This document shows positions 55,139 to 64,000 of a DNA stretch of 64,000 nt, piece by piece. The notes under the pieces were generated by a model. That model was not told the origin of the DNA. It worked only from the letters and a program-made list of their open reading frames with translations, and made no database searches. Numbering within the stretch: the first letter of the stretch is position 1; the number at the start of each line of letters is the position of its first letter. A program made the position numbers and the translations under genes. Source of the DNA: Candidatus Bathyarchaeia archaeon (lineage in GTDB: Archaea > Thermoproteota > Bathyarchaeia > Bathyarchaeales > Bathycorpusculaceae); assembly GCA_038883795.1 (NCBI GenBank), contig JAVZLK010000007.1:1-64000 (forward strand). Reading direction: 5' to 3'.

Positions 55139-56803
55139 TTGCGAAAATATCTGATAAGCTTCGTCGGTGGACTATTCATCCTTGGCGTAATGACTTGGCT
55201 AATTGTAACTTTCGTGAATTATCCAGAAATTAAAAATCTTCCATTATACACATTTAGCACAGTTTTGAGAATTATAATCACACTTCTAATTTCGGTTGCT
55301 TGGGGAGTTTCTTTCGGCATTTTAGCCGCGACAAACAAGTGGGCATCACTTATCCTCACGCCCTTCATAGACCTCTTACAGTCAATTCCCATACTCGGAT
55401 ACTTCCCAATGGTGATAAGCTTTCTATTCGCTTTAGGCCCCTTAGGAATTGAACTTTCAGTAATCATCTTACTCTTCACATCCATGGCTTGGGCCATATT
55501 CTTTGGAGTGTTAGGAGCCATAAGAGGCATCCCAACAAACGTTGTAGAATCAGCTCGAAGCTTCGGATTGACTGGATGGCGATATATTAGACACGTGATT
55601 TTGCCCGCAATTACTCCCGCTGTGATTTCTGGAGCAAATCTCGCGTGGTGTGATGGCTGGTTCTTCATGATAGCCGCAGAATACATCCAATACAAAGGAA
55701 CAGTAGTAACGCCGCCTTCAGGTGGATTGGGTTCTCTCTTAGCGATGGCTGCTTATGAATGGCAAGACATGAACGTTTCCTTAATCCTTCTCGTATTCAT
55801 AACTTTCATTGTTGTCTATTTCAACACTTTAACTTGGCACAGGCTTATGGAGAAGGCTAGCACTGGCACTTTTAAGCCGGTTTTCACGGTGGACTTGTCT
55901 GGAGTTGGAAAAATTGGAGTTGTTAGAGCAAGAAGGTTGCTGCATTTTGGAAGATTCCACTGGCCAAAGGCTTTTTCTATTGCCTCCCAACGTTTGCGAA
56001 AGTACACACGCATCGAAAAGAGTATTGCTATAATTCTGGCTTTTTCAGTCGTCTTCTTTTTCTTGTACTATATGTTTGGTCAGTTTCCAACATGGGGAAT
56101 AATTCGTGGAGGATTTAATGAACCGCCAGCAGAACACCTAGCCCATCTTCCATTTTTAATTGCTTTTACCATGGGAAGGCTTGCAATAGCTTATGGAATT
56201 TCTCTTGTTGCGGCTATTAGTATGGGTGTTTTGGCCGCAGAGCATAAGAGAATTGCAGCTATTTTTTATCCTCTTTATGATATTGGGCAGGGAGTGCCAA
56301 TATTAGCGTTATTTCCGGTGCTTTTTCTCGGATTAAAGCAGCTCATTGGAATTCCTGGAATTGCCCTTGAACTTACTTGTATAATAATGCTTGTTCTGGA
56401 CATGATATGGTACATGTTCCTTAACATTGTAAGCGCTGTGAAAAATATTCCAACAGAAATAAAGGAGGTTGGTCAACTCTTCGGGTTTAAAGGCTTGAAA
56501 AGAATAACGCACATAGTTATTCCATCAATCCTGCCATCTATAGTTACGGGAAGCATACTTTCATGGGGAACAGGTTGGAACACAATTATATTTGCAGAGT
56601 ACATGCCCTCAACAGAACCCACAATTCCGCCGCTTTCTGTTCCGGGTTTGGGTTCGCTGCTGGATAAGGCTGGATATGAGTATGGAAACACAGTATTACT
56701 CATTTTCCTCCTTGGCATAGTAGCAGTAATTGTGCTTTCAATGGAAGCATTTGTTTGGAGACGTTTACTCAGAAAGTTTGAAAAATATCATGTGGAGGTA
56801 TGA
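55139..56803 (+). CDS. NitT/TauT-family ABC permease with duplicated domain
   Basis: Two halves: QSIPILG...ESARSFG...W...AAE and QGVPILA...W..IIFAE. Confidence 0.88.
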   Translation: MRKYLISFVGGLFILGVMTWLIVTFVNYPEIKNLPLYTFSTVLRIIITLLISVAWGVSFGILAATNKWASLILTPFIDLLQSIPILGYFPMVISFLFALGPLGIELSVIILLFTSMAWAIFFGVLGAIRGIPTNVVESARSFGLTGWRYIRHVILPAITPAVISGANLAWCDGWFFMIAAEYIQYKGTVVTPPSGGLGSLLAMAAYEWQDMNVSLILLVFITFIVVYFNTLTWHRLMEKASTGTFKPVFTVDLSGVGKIGVVRARRLLHFGRFHWPKAFSIASQRLRKYTRIEKSIAIILAFSVVFFFLYYMFGQFPTWGIIRGGFNEPPAEHLAHLPFLIAFTMGRLAIAYGISLVAAISMGVLAAEHKRIAAIFYPLYDIGQGVPILALFPVLFLGLKQLIGIPGIALELTCIIMLVLDMIWYMFLNIVSAVKNIPTEIKEVGQLFGFKGLKRITHIVIPSILPSIVTGSILSWGTGWNTIIFAEYMPSTEPTIPPLSVPGLGSLLDKAGYEYGNTVLLIFLLGIVAVIVLSMEAFVWRRLLRKFEKYHVEV

Positions 56804-56806
56804 CCC

Positions 56807-57621
56807 TTGTCAGTGCTTGAAGTGGAAAACATATCGAAAACATTCGCAACGGATAAATCAAAAATATTAGTCTTAGACAACGTGAGCTTTTCAGTTGGAA
56901 ACGACGAGTTCGTCTGTTTAGTTGGGCCTTCCGGATGTGGAAAATCCACATTGCTTAGAATAATTGCTGGTCTCGAAAAGGCTGATTCGGGCAAAGTGTT
57001 ATTCCGTGGACGACCCATAACTCAGCCTACTCCAAAAATTGCCATGGTCTTCCAGCTTTTCGGGCTGCTACCATGGAAAACTGCATTAGAAAATGTTGAA
57101 GTACCCTTGGAAGTTCTCGGCATAGAAAAGGAAAAAAGGAGGCACATTGCTGAAGAATACTTGAGAATGGTTGGGCTTGAAGGTTTTGAGAACACTTATC
57201 CCCATGATCTTTCAGGTGGAATGAAACAGCGTGTTGGGATTGCAAGGGCATTAGCCTTAAAACCAGAAGTCTTGTTAATGGATGAACCATTCTCTTCCTT
57301 GGATGAACTTACGGCTAAAACCCTTCGTAAATTGGTTCTTGACATTTGGCGAAATCCAGCCTTGCCAACAAACACTTTCATAATGGTTAGCCACAATGTT
57401 GAAGAGGCATGGCAGACAGAGTTATAGTGATGTCGCCCAGACCAGGAAAAGTTGTTGGAGAAGTGAAAATTGAAATCCCAAGACCCAGAGAGAAGCATCT
57501 AAGGGACTCTACCTACTTTAATCTGGTAGACAAGGTCGTAGAAATACTTGAGAAAAGTAAGGCGATAACACAAACTGAAAGTCCCATATCCTTAACGGCT
57601 AACAGAACAAACAAAACTTGA
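56807..57621 (+). pseudogene. NitT/TauT-family ABC ATPase, frameshifted near 57408
   Basis: GPSGCGKS, LSGGMKQR, MDEPFS. SHNVEEA switches frame to MADRVIVMSPRPG (ORF 57409-57621); the canonical EEAxxMADR needs about 7 more nt. Confidence 0.8.
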
Positions 57622-57638
57622 GAAAATGCTTGTCAAAA

Positions 57639-59279
57639 TCAAGGCTGAGTAGGAGCCTTTGAAAAAGGTTCTGCGAAAGCTTCATATTCTTTCTCTGAAA
57701 ACCAGCCTTCCGCCTTAAGCTTTTCAATTCCACCTTTAATTTTTTCACGCATCCCATTTGTCTTTAAAATGTCAGCCTTCTCCCCAGCCTCGCTTATCTC
57801 TCTCTCAAAAACCGCATCTTGCCCAATCAATGAAGGAAGTTGTTGAAGGAAGGAACTTATAGCTTTGAACCTTGGAACGAGAAGCTGTTTAACTTTTGTC
57901 TTGCCTAAGGCTCCTTTAATTTTCGCCAAAAAACTTACACTGTTCACTATTGACGGCGGAAATAAAACATAACGCTTTTTTGATTCAAACTGGTAACAAG
58001 CCACATAGAAAGGTATGTAGATTAAAGCGCTCTTCACCCGTGTTTGTCTGATTCCCAAAGTTTCAAAATTGGAAATTTCCATTTCCCTCATTTTAGCCAT
58101 CTTATTAATTTGCTCAATTATGGCAGAAGTCTGTTTTTCCAGCTTTTCCATTTCTTGAATGAGAAGTTGGATTTCGGCATCCCTCGAGGCTTCAAGCTCC
58201 AGCAACTCCTTCTGGGCTTCTTTAATTTTGGCTTCCCATTCAGACCTTAACCTAAAAGTTTCAGCAGACTTGTTGTCTTCCGTTTCCTTTATCTTCCCTT
58301 CAAGTTCCTCTATCTTAACTTCGATTTCAGAAAACTCCTTTCTGCTTTCAGTCTCTTTCTCTTTCCATTTCCGTTCGCCAACACCGTCCTTATTAGCGGC
58401 GCATGTTTTTGCTTCCATTTTGCAGCGTTCAATTTTGGCACGAGTTTGCTCTCTGAGTTTTTCATATTTTACCTTCTCCTTTTGTAGGGAAAGGAGTTGC
58501 TTCTCAAAATTTCTTGTTAGCTGAGTTATTAGCTCATCGTATTCTTCGTTTATGCGTTCAACCTTTGGCATTATAGCCTCTTTTTGCTTTTCAATTTCGC
58601 TGTTGAATTCTTCTTTGACGGTTCTTATTTTACCACGTAATGTTTTAGTGAAGTTGCGGGTTGTTTTATTTAGGAGTTTCATGCTATTGTAAAGAAGGGC
58701 GACATCCTCTTTAAATTGTGATTTTAGGTTTCCAAGTTCTTGAACAGCGGATAAAATTGCGGTTTCATCGATCACTGGTGGCAAAAACACCATTTCAAAA
58801 GGTGAAGTTTCTGCTTTAGCCTCTAAAAGGTATAAGCTAAACTCGTTAAGGAAGTTTGGTTCTGTAATAAGCGCATCTATTGTCATTGTTTTTTCGCTTG
58901 CAGAAATTTGAAAATAGTTAATACTGTCGGACAGAAAAGTTATGTAAGTCTCTATGCTTTTTGAGCTCCTCTGCACATTCTCCATGAAGTTTCTTACGTC
59001 TGGAACAATTTTGTAAGTTAAAGTATGCGCCTTTGTTTTCAATCCATCAAAAATTAGACTTAAATCGTTCCATGGAAGAAGCCATAACGGATAACCGAAC
59101 TCAGCTAGAAAAACAAGCTTCTCCTCGGGCTTCTTTAATATTAAACCGCCACCCCTTTCCCGCTCTAACTCGGCAAAACAGTAAATGGCGCCGTTTTCCA
59201 TCTCGCTTGAAAAGGGTTCTATGCGATTTTCAGATGGAACCGAAAAGGGAAGAATCAGTTTTTGAGTTTTTTGAGACAA
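57639..59279 (-). CDS. Hypothetical protein with a long central coiled coil and globular ends
   Basis: 546 aa; ~200-aa E/K-rich heptad region between YPLWLLPW and YIPFYVACY segments; no Walker A seen. Confidence 0.78.
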   Translation of the reverse strand: MSQKTQKLILPFSVPSENRIEPFSSEMENGAIYCFAELERERGGGLILKKPEEKLVFLAEFGYPLWLLPWNDLSLIFDGLKTKAHTLTYKIVPDVRNFMENVQRSSKSIETYITFLSDSINYFQISASEKTMTIDALITEPNFLNEFSLYLLEAKAETSPFEMVFLPPVIDETAILSAVQELGNLKSQFKEDVALLYNSMKLLNKTTRNFTKTLRGKIRTVKEEFNSEIEKQKEAIMPKVERINEEYDELITQLTRNFEKQLLSLQKEKVKYEKLREQTRAKIERCKMEAKTCAANKDGVGERKWKEKETESRKEFSEIEVKIEELEGKIKETEDNKSAETFRLRSEWEAKIKEAQKELLELEASRDAEIQLLIQEMEKLEKQTSAIIEQINKMAKMREMEISNFETLGIRQTRVKSALIYIPFYVACYQFESKKRYVLFPPSIVNSVSFLAKIKGALGKTKVKQLLVPRFKAISSFLQQLPSLIGQDAVFEREISEAGEKADILKTNGMREKIKGGIEKLKAEGWFSEKEYEAFAEPFSKAPTQP

Positions 59280-59341
59280 GGTTCACCAGTTTACAATGAT
59301 AAGGATATGTTTGGTTTAAATGTTTTACGAATAACATACAA

Positions 59342-60583
59342 CTATGATTCTGCCCTTCGTTTAAGTAATGGAATGCCTACACTAGCTATTATTGCGGTAG
59401 CCAAAATCACTATAACAGCAAGATTGATGTAAACGGGTGACAAAACCTCAAAAATGGAACTTGCCTCCGGATATTTTGTTGGATCAGCATATTGTAATGG
59501 TAATGTTGCTAAAACAGCAGCTGCTAAGCCCCTTGTCAGCATTACGCTCATAATCGACCGTTCCTTTGCGAGGTCATCGCTGCGGACAGTTGTTAATGCC
59601 ACAGCGCCAAATCTAACCAAAAGAAGTATAAGTGAAAGAATTATTCCAGCTATCACAATTGCAACATCAGTAATTGACACAATTAAGCCTATATAGACAA
59701 AAAAGAAGGTTCTCAAAAGGAACGCAACTTCAGACTCAAACCTCTTTAATCCCATATCAACCGCCATGTTTGGGGGTCTCTCCATCCTAAGAATTTTGTA
59801 AATCTCCTTTTCATTACCCAACATAATGCCAAACAGGAGGGAACAGAGGGAACCACTTCCACCTAAAAATTCGGAAAGGGAATAAGCTAAAAGCACCACA
59901 GCCAAGGTGAGTATGTAAACGTAAGAGGCTTTTGCAATTCGCTTTAATACGCTTAACCAGATTAGGCCGAAAATTATTCCAAGCACTATTCCAGTTGAGA
60001 ATCGACTTGCAATAGATTGCCCAATGGTTGTTAAGTCCACAGCACCCTTTAATATTATTTCTATGATTACCAATGAAAAAACTATGCAAAAAATATCCGT
60101 AAGCGCAGATTCGAGGCTTAATACTGTTGAACATTTTTCACTAACTTTAAGGCGTGAAGTCAAGGAAATTACGGCTACACTGCTGCTTCCTCCAAAAATC
60201 GTTCCAAACAGAACAGAATACAAAAATGGCACATTCGACGGAATTACTATATATGCCATAAACAGCGTTGTTGCAATAACACTTAGCGCAAATCCGACTA
60301 TGGCGAGAATGAAAGCCCTCGGACTTTCGGCGAAAACACGATAAATGTTCATGGCCATTCCGCCATCAAACAAAATGAAAATCAATGCCAAAGCAGCCAA
60401 ATATGGAGCCAAACCCATGATAGAAGAGGCGTCCACCCAACCGAAAACTGGTCCAAACAGTATGCCCAAAATTATGAGGAGGAGCGTGTCTGGAAAACCC
60501 TTACGTTCAAACAAGTAATTGCCAAGAAAACCTATTACAATTATTGAACCAGCAAGTATCAATGCAAGCGTGACCGGATCCAT
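59342..60583 (-). CDS. CPA1 (NhaP-type) cation/proton antiporter
   Basis: ILFDGG, LESALTD, FFFVYIG, RGLAAAVLA. Confidence 0.9.
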   Translation of the reverse strand: MDPVTLALILAGSIIVIGFLGNYLFERKGFPDTLLLIILGILFGPVFGWVDASSIMGLAPYLAALALIFILFDGGMAMNIYRVFAESPRAFILAIVGFALSVIATTLFMAYIVIPSNVPFLYSVLFGTIFGGSSSVAVISLTSRLKVSEKCSTVLSLESALTDIFCIVFSLVIIEIILKGAVDLTTIGQSIASRFSTGIVLGIIFGLIWLSVLKRIAKASYVYILTLAVVLLAYSLSEFLGGSGSLCSLLFGIMLGNEKEIYKILRMERPPNMAVDMGLKRFESEVAFLLRTFFFVYIGLIVSITDVAIVIAGIILSLILLLVRFGAVALTTVRSDDLAKERSIMSVMLTRGLAAAVLATLPLQYADPTKYPEASSIFEVLSPVYINLAVIVILATAIIASVGIPLLKRRAES

Positions 60584-60700
60584 ATATCTAAACCTTTTAT
60601 CCCCTAATTAATAATGCTGCTTAAAGATTTTTCGTCAAATATGTAAGTAAAAGATAAAAATACGATAGGTATGCATATGTAGTCGGAAGCGTGTCTTGAA

Positions 60701-61642
60701 GTGTTTGATCTTGTACTAAATGTTTTGGCATTAGCTCTTTCGCTGATCATATTAGCTGTGGCTAGCCAATTTACCATTAAATCAATTGAAAGATTAGTCG
60801 AGCTTACACATCTCAGTGAAGCCTCTGTAGGCTTTGTCGTAATGTCTGTAATGACGAGCATTCCTGAAATTTTTGTTGCTGTATCCTCTGTTTTGCATGG
60901 TAAACCTGGATTTTCTGTAGGTGACGTGCTTGGTTCGAATGTTTTTAACATAGGAATTGTGGTGGGCATTTTAGCGACAATGGGTTTCCTTAAGAAATGT
61001 TCTAGTGGGCTTTTAACAGAGCTTGTTGACATTCTGTTTCTTTCATCATCGATTCCCTTAATTCTTGTCGTCTTTGGAACGGCTCACTTTTTGGTGGGTG
61101 CAGCGCTTATAGGGATTTTCATATTTAGCGTTCGTGAAATGACAAAGAAGAGAAAACAGCAAATATTGATTAATAATGAAATAAATAACAAAGCGATAAG
61201 CAAAAAAGCCGTCACCTTTAAGATAATTGTTGGAATCTCGGTGGTTATTACAGCAGCTGAGCTCATCATAATGTCAGCATCTAACATTTCAATAATCCTC
61301 GGCGTTGCACCAATACTTATAGGTGCAAAAATTATCGCGATAGGAACATCAATGCCAGAACTTGCGCTTGATTTAACGGCTGTTCGCAGAGGACGAGTTA
61401 ATCTTGCCCTTGGAGACTTAATTGGTTCCAATTTGACTAATATCACTCTCATTTTAGGCATTGTTTTATTGTTTTCCCCAGCGGGGGCGGTTAACCTTTC
61501 AATTCTTGCTGAAATTGTTCCTTTTATTCTGATAACAACTCTCATTTTATGGCGTTACCTTACAAAAGGTGGAGTTTCACAATTTGGCGGAATAATGTTA
61601 ATTATTGTTTACGTTATATTTCAAGCCATCATAACAGCATAA
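60701..61642 (+). CDS. CaCA-family Na+/Ca2+ exchanger
   Basis: Alpha repeats TSIPE...GSNVFN and GTSMPE...GSNLTN. Confidence 0.92.
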   Translation: MFDLVLNVLALALSLIILAVASQFTIKSIERLVELTHLSEASVGFVVMSVMTSIPEIFVAVSSVLHGKPGFSVGDVLGSNVFNIGIVVGILATMGFLKKCSSGLLTELVDILFLSSSIPLILVVFGTAHFLVGAALIGIFIFSVREMTKKRKQQILINNEINNKAISKKAVTFKIIVGISVVITAAELIIMSASNISIILGVAPILIGAKIIAIGTSMPELALDLTAVRRGRVNLALGDLIGSNLTNITLILGIVLLFSPAGAVNLSILAEIVPFILITTLILWRYLTKGGVSQFGGIMLIIVYVIFQAIITA

Positions 61643-61650
61643 AACTCATT

Positions 61651-62295
61651 TCACCAGATTTTGTCCACTTTCAAATGGGTTAAATATCCACTTGTACCGT
61701 AAAGTGATAAAGAGATAACTTCAAGCATGTTTCCAACACTAATTGGAAATTTAACAAAAGCAAAAAATCCTAAGGCTAGAAGAAAAATTCCATAGACTGT
61801 TAAAGATTTAAAGTCGTGGAATGTTTCTTGCGTTTTCCAGCTTAGGCGTATTCCGGAAAATAAAATCCAGATTAGTAAAGGTGCAAACAATAAAATTGCA
61901 TACTTTTTATACCATGGCAAATCTTCAGTTGCTTCTCCATCCTTCTTTCTTCTGTAGATAAAAGGCAAGTCTGGAAGGAAATTGCTATAGAAGAAAATTA
62001 ATATTCCCCAAAGCATAGAGCCCAAAGCGTTTTCATTGAAAAAGTAGAAAAGTGAAAACACGTAGATGAGGCTTGCTGGCAAAATCATCCACTTAAACAC
62101 TTCAATAACAGAGTGGACATGCTCTAAAGTTTCTTCTTCCATACGCCAAAGGGGAAACTTTGACCTAACCCTGCGGTTTAGGCTCTTAAAGGAGTGAAGC
62201 ACAAAACCGAAAAGAGCATTGTATAAGCCAACAAGTATGCCTCGAAGCGCTTTAAAGAAGCCCTTAATTTTAGATTCCCTCGTAGCTATCGCCAC
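61651..62295 (-). CDS. Membrane protein, possible YdjM-like metal-dependent hydrolase
   Basis: Four TMs with EH, LPD, TFH and THLxxD residues. Confidence 0.6.
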   Translation of the reverse strand: MAIATRESKIKGFFKALRGILVGLYNALFGFVLHSFKSLNRRVRSKFPLWRMEEETLEHVHSVIEVFKWMILPASLIYVFSLFYFFNENALGSMLWGILIFFYSNFLPDLPFIYRRKKDGEATEDLPWYKKYAILLFAPLLIWILFSGIRLSWKTQETFHDFKSLTVYGIFLLALGFFAFVKFPISVGNMLEVISLSLYGTSGYLTHLKVDKIW

Positions 62296-62344
62296 GTAAC
62301 TGTCTCGCTATTCATGTTTTTATCCATTACTTAAATTTTAAACG

Positions 62345-63700
62345 TCACATTTTAGAAATAAAATCTGTTATCTTCCTTTGGAAAAGCGCATTTTTCAACA
62401 GTTCGCTTTTCATAATCCACCGTTTTATTGGGATTTGGAATCTGTTTGCAATAAACTTTAAGGCTTCATCCAAAGTTTTGAAAGCGTAGGGTTTTTGGCG
62501 CATGGCATTCCTCACGTTTTCACGGACTTGCCAAACGCCCACGGGCATTATGTAGCCTGGATGCGCTTCCCGCAAGACTATGACTGCGGCTTGGCGTTGT
62601 TCTTTTACGAGGTGTTCGCAAACTGCTAGGCGTGCAGCGTAATAGCAGCCTCCAATTTCCGCGTAGGTTGTTCTTCCTTCGTAGCCTTCCCAATCAGAAA
62701 ACATGACAACGTTTCTGCCGCTTGGGTTCCAAACCGTTCCTGGATACCATGCTTCTATGGCTTCATAACTCCATGCGCTTGGAAGCATTAAAACTTCAAA
62801 AATGTTGTCCAAATAAACTGATTCGTAAACGCGGTATTCGCTTATTTCCGGAAAAGTTTTGACTTTCTCCATGAGCTCTTTTGAGATTATGCTGTCAACG
62901 GCTGTTATGCTCCAGCGGGTTGGCACAAAACGCCTATTTTTTTCTAAACCGAAGGAGCCAACGCTGAAAGCCCTTTGAATTTTGGTAACCAATACGCCTT
63001 TACTGTAAAGCTCCAAGACTGCTTCAGCCGCCCTCAAATCAGTATCATTATAGGCTTTCTCTATCTGATGATCCCAGCGAGCATTGCCAACAATTAAGTC
63101 TCGGATAGGCGCAGAAGGACCGAAGGGTTGAACCTCATCGTCTAAGAGTATGAAGCCTCTTGGCTTTTTCTTAAGGATAAGCTCAACGTCTACGGGTTTT
63201 ACTGCCAGAGCCAATTCTCTGGTTTTGTCAATTATTTTCCCAGCTTTTTCAAACTTCTGCACGTGAACTCGATGTTTTCCACGGATAAGCAGGGAGCGAA
63301 AACCAACAATTTCGTCTATGGATTTTCCAAACCAAAACTCCGGCAAATCATAAACGCTGGTATCCTCTTGAACTGGCGGAACAAGGGGACCAGCATAAAC
63401 GTAGGGATAGCCAATCCTTCCAACAAAAACGCTTGGGGGAGAGGCGCCAGCAATGTCTTCGCTCTGCATTAGGGGCACACTTTTCAGGAAGTAGTTAGCT
63501 TTAACAATTATTGGACAGCGGGTTTTACCACACAAAAAACGTGAACCCTTGCAGGCGACGCATAAGCCGCTCGACGAAGCCCTAGCAACCAAAAGGTTTT
63601 CATCAAATTTCACTTCCGCTCCAAGGTTTGAGTCTTTTAAAACGTCAAGTAACCAAACATTCGGCGAACACCTATCCACACGCCTTGGAGAAGACCACAA
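62345..63700 (-). CDS. nreA: Nre-family PCNA-interacting DNA repair protein
   Basis: CxxCKG..LCG..RCP, SPPSVFVG..GYP, VPTRWSITAVD, GGCYYAARL, PVGVWQVRE, C-terminal PIP box QRKITDF. Confidence 0.92.
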   Translation of the reverse strand: MWSSPRRVDRCSPNVWLLDVLKDSNLGAEVKFDENLLVARASSSGLCVACKGSRFLCGKTRCPIIVKANYFLKSVPLMQSEDIAGASPPSVFVGRIGYPYVYAGPLVPPVQEDTSVYDLPEFWFGKSIDEIVGFRSLLIRGKHRVHVQKFEKAGKIIDKTRELALAVKPVDVELILKKKPRGFILLDDEVQPFGPSAPIRDLIVGNARWDHQIEKAYNDTDLRAAEAVLELYSKGVLVTKIQRAFSVGSFGLEKNRRFVPTRWSITAVDSIISKELMEKVKTFPEISEYRVYESVYLDNIFEVLMLPSAWSYEAIEAWYPGTVWNPSGRNVVMFSDWEGYEGRTTYAEIGGCYYAARLAVCEHLVKEQRQAAVIVLREAHPGYIMPVGVWQVRENVRNAMRQKPYAFKTLDEALKFIANRFQIPIKRWIMKSELLKNALFQRKITDFISKM

Positions 63701-63821
63701 CTTTACTCATCAAAATTTGATTAAAACACATTCATATGCTTTCTGTTATTGACACTCATCCGAAAGAAAAACTTAACTGTTTACACATCAAAATTTAAGC
63801 TTCCAAAAAGAGGCGAAACCC

Positions 63822-64000
63822 ATGAAAGTGGATAAATTTTTGGTTGAAAGATTCATAGGCGCATATGAACATGAAGTGGAGCTTAATCTTGCAGAAACAT
63901 GCGTTAACCCCTTCACCCTAGGCGAATTTCTAACCCTTATGGGTAGAGAAAAGTTTTTTGAAGAGCTTAAAGAAACCCAGCTTACATATGGTTTCGTTGA
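63822..64000 (+). CDS. Class I/II aminotransferase, 5' partial
   Basis: MKVDKFLVERFIGAYEHEVELNLAETC...LTYG, open to the window end. Confidence 0.7.
   Translation, partial: MKVDKFLVERFIGAYEHEVELNLAETCVNPFTLGEFLTLMGREKFFEELKETQLTYGFV

Noticed and set aside
41739-63700. Lhr, NucS and Nre as a defence or repair island
   Set aside because: They are dispersed among unrelated housekeeping genes and are common archaeal core genes
2734-63752. Numerous antisense or nested ORFs in the track (e.g. 3478-4053, 38405-38824, 55219-55695, 61084-61545)
   Set aside because: They are shadows of well-supported genes on the opposite strand or in another frame, with no recognisable motifs

Overview
Archaeal chromosomal segment, most consistent with Bathyarchaeia/TACK. 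This is inferred from gene content: a Cdv/ESCRT-III operon, fwdDBAC-mch, an HdrA-MvhD fusion, intron-containing tRNAs, NucS, Nre and Lhr. The left edge (1-597) is the right end of an integrated element: an SSV-type split integrase reading through a duplicated 3' half of tRNA-Gly. The rest is mostly core genome: RIO2, LSm, hutH, an opp/dpp ABC operon, tRNA-Tyr and tRNA-Lys with introns, valS, the H4MPT C1-pathway genes, and various transporters. Signals missed or mis-called by the ORF track: (i) a TPP riboswitch whose extended P1 can sequester the GTG start of a ThiT gene; (ii) a box C/D guide sRNA at ~39535-39602 whose D' guide fits 23S rRNA C2498; (iii) the full-length cdvB, which has no ATG/GTG/TTG start and appears to begin at ATT (fdhD likewise at ATA); (iv) a small cytosolic protein with the motif set of eukaryotic peptide:N-glycanase (Png1/NGLY1) beside the ESCRT operon; (v) a MIM2-like LPEPP motif in CdvA and a second, PRC-less CdvA paralog; (vi) an HTH-Cys regulator coupled to a WCP-leader membrane protein. 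All family assignments are from motif recognition by eye; no database searches were run.
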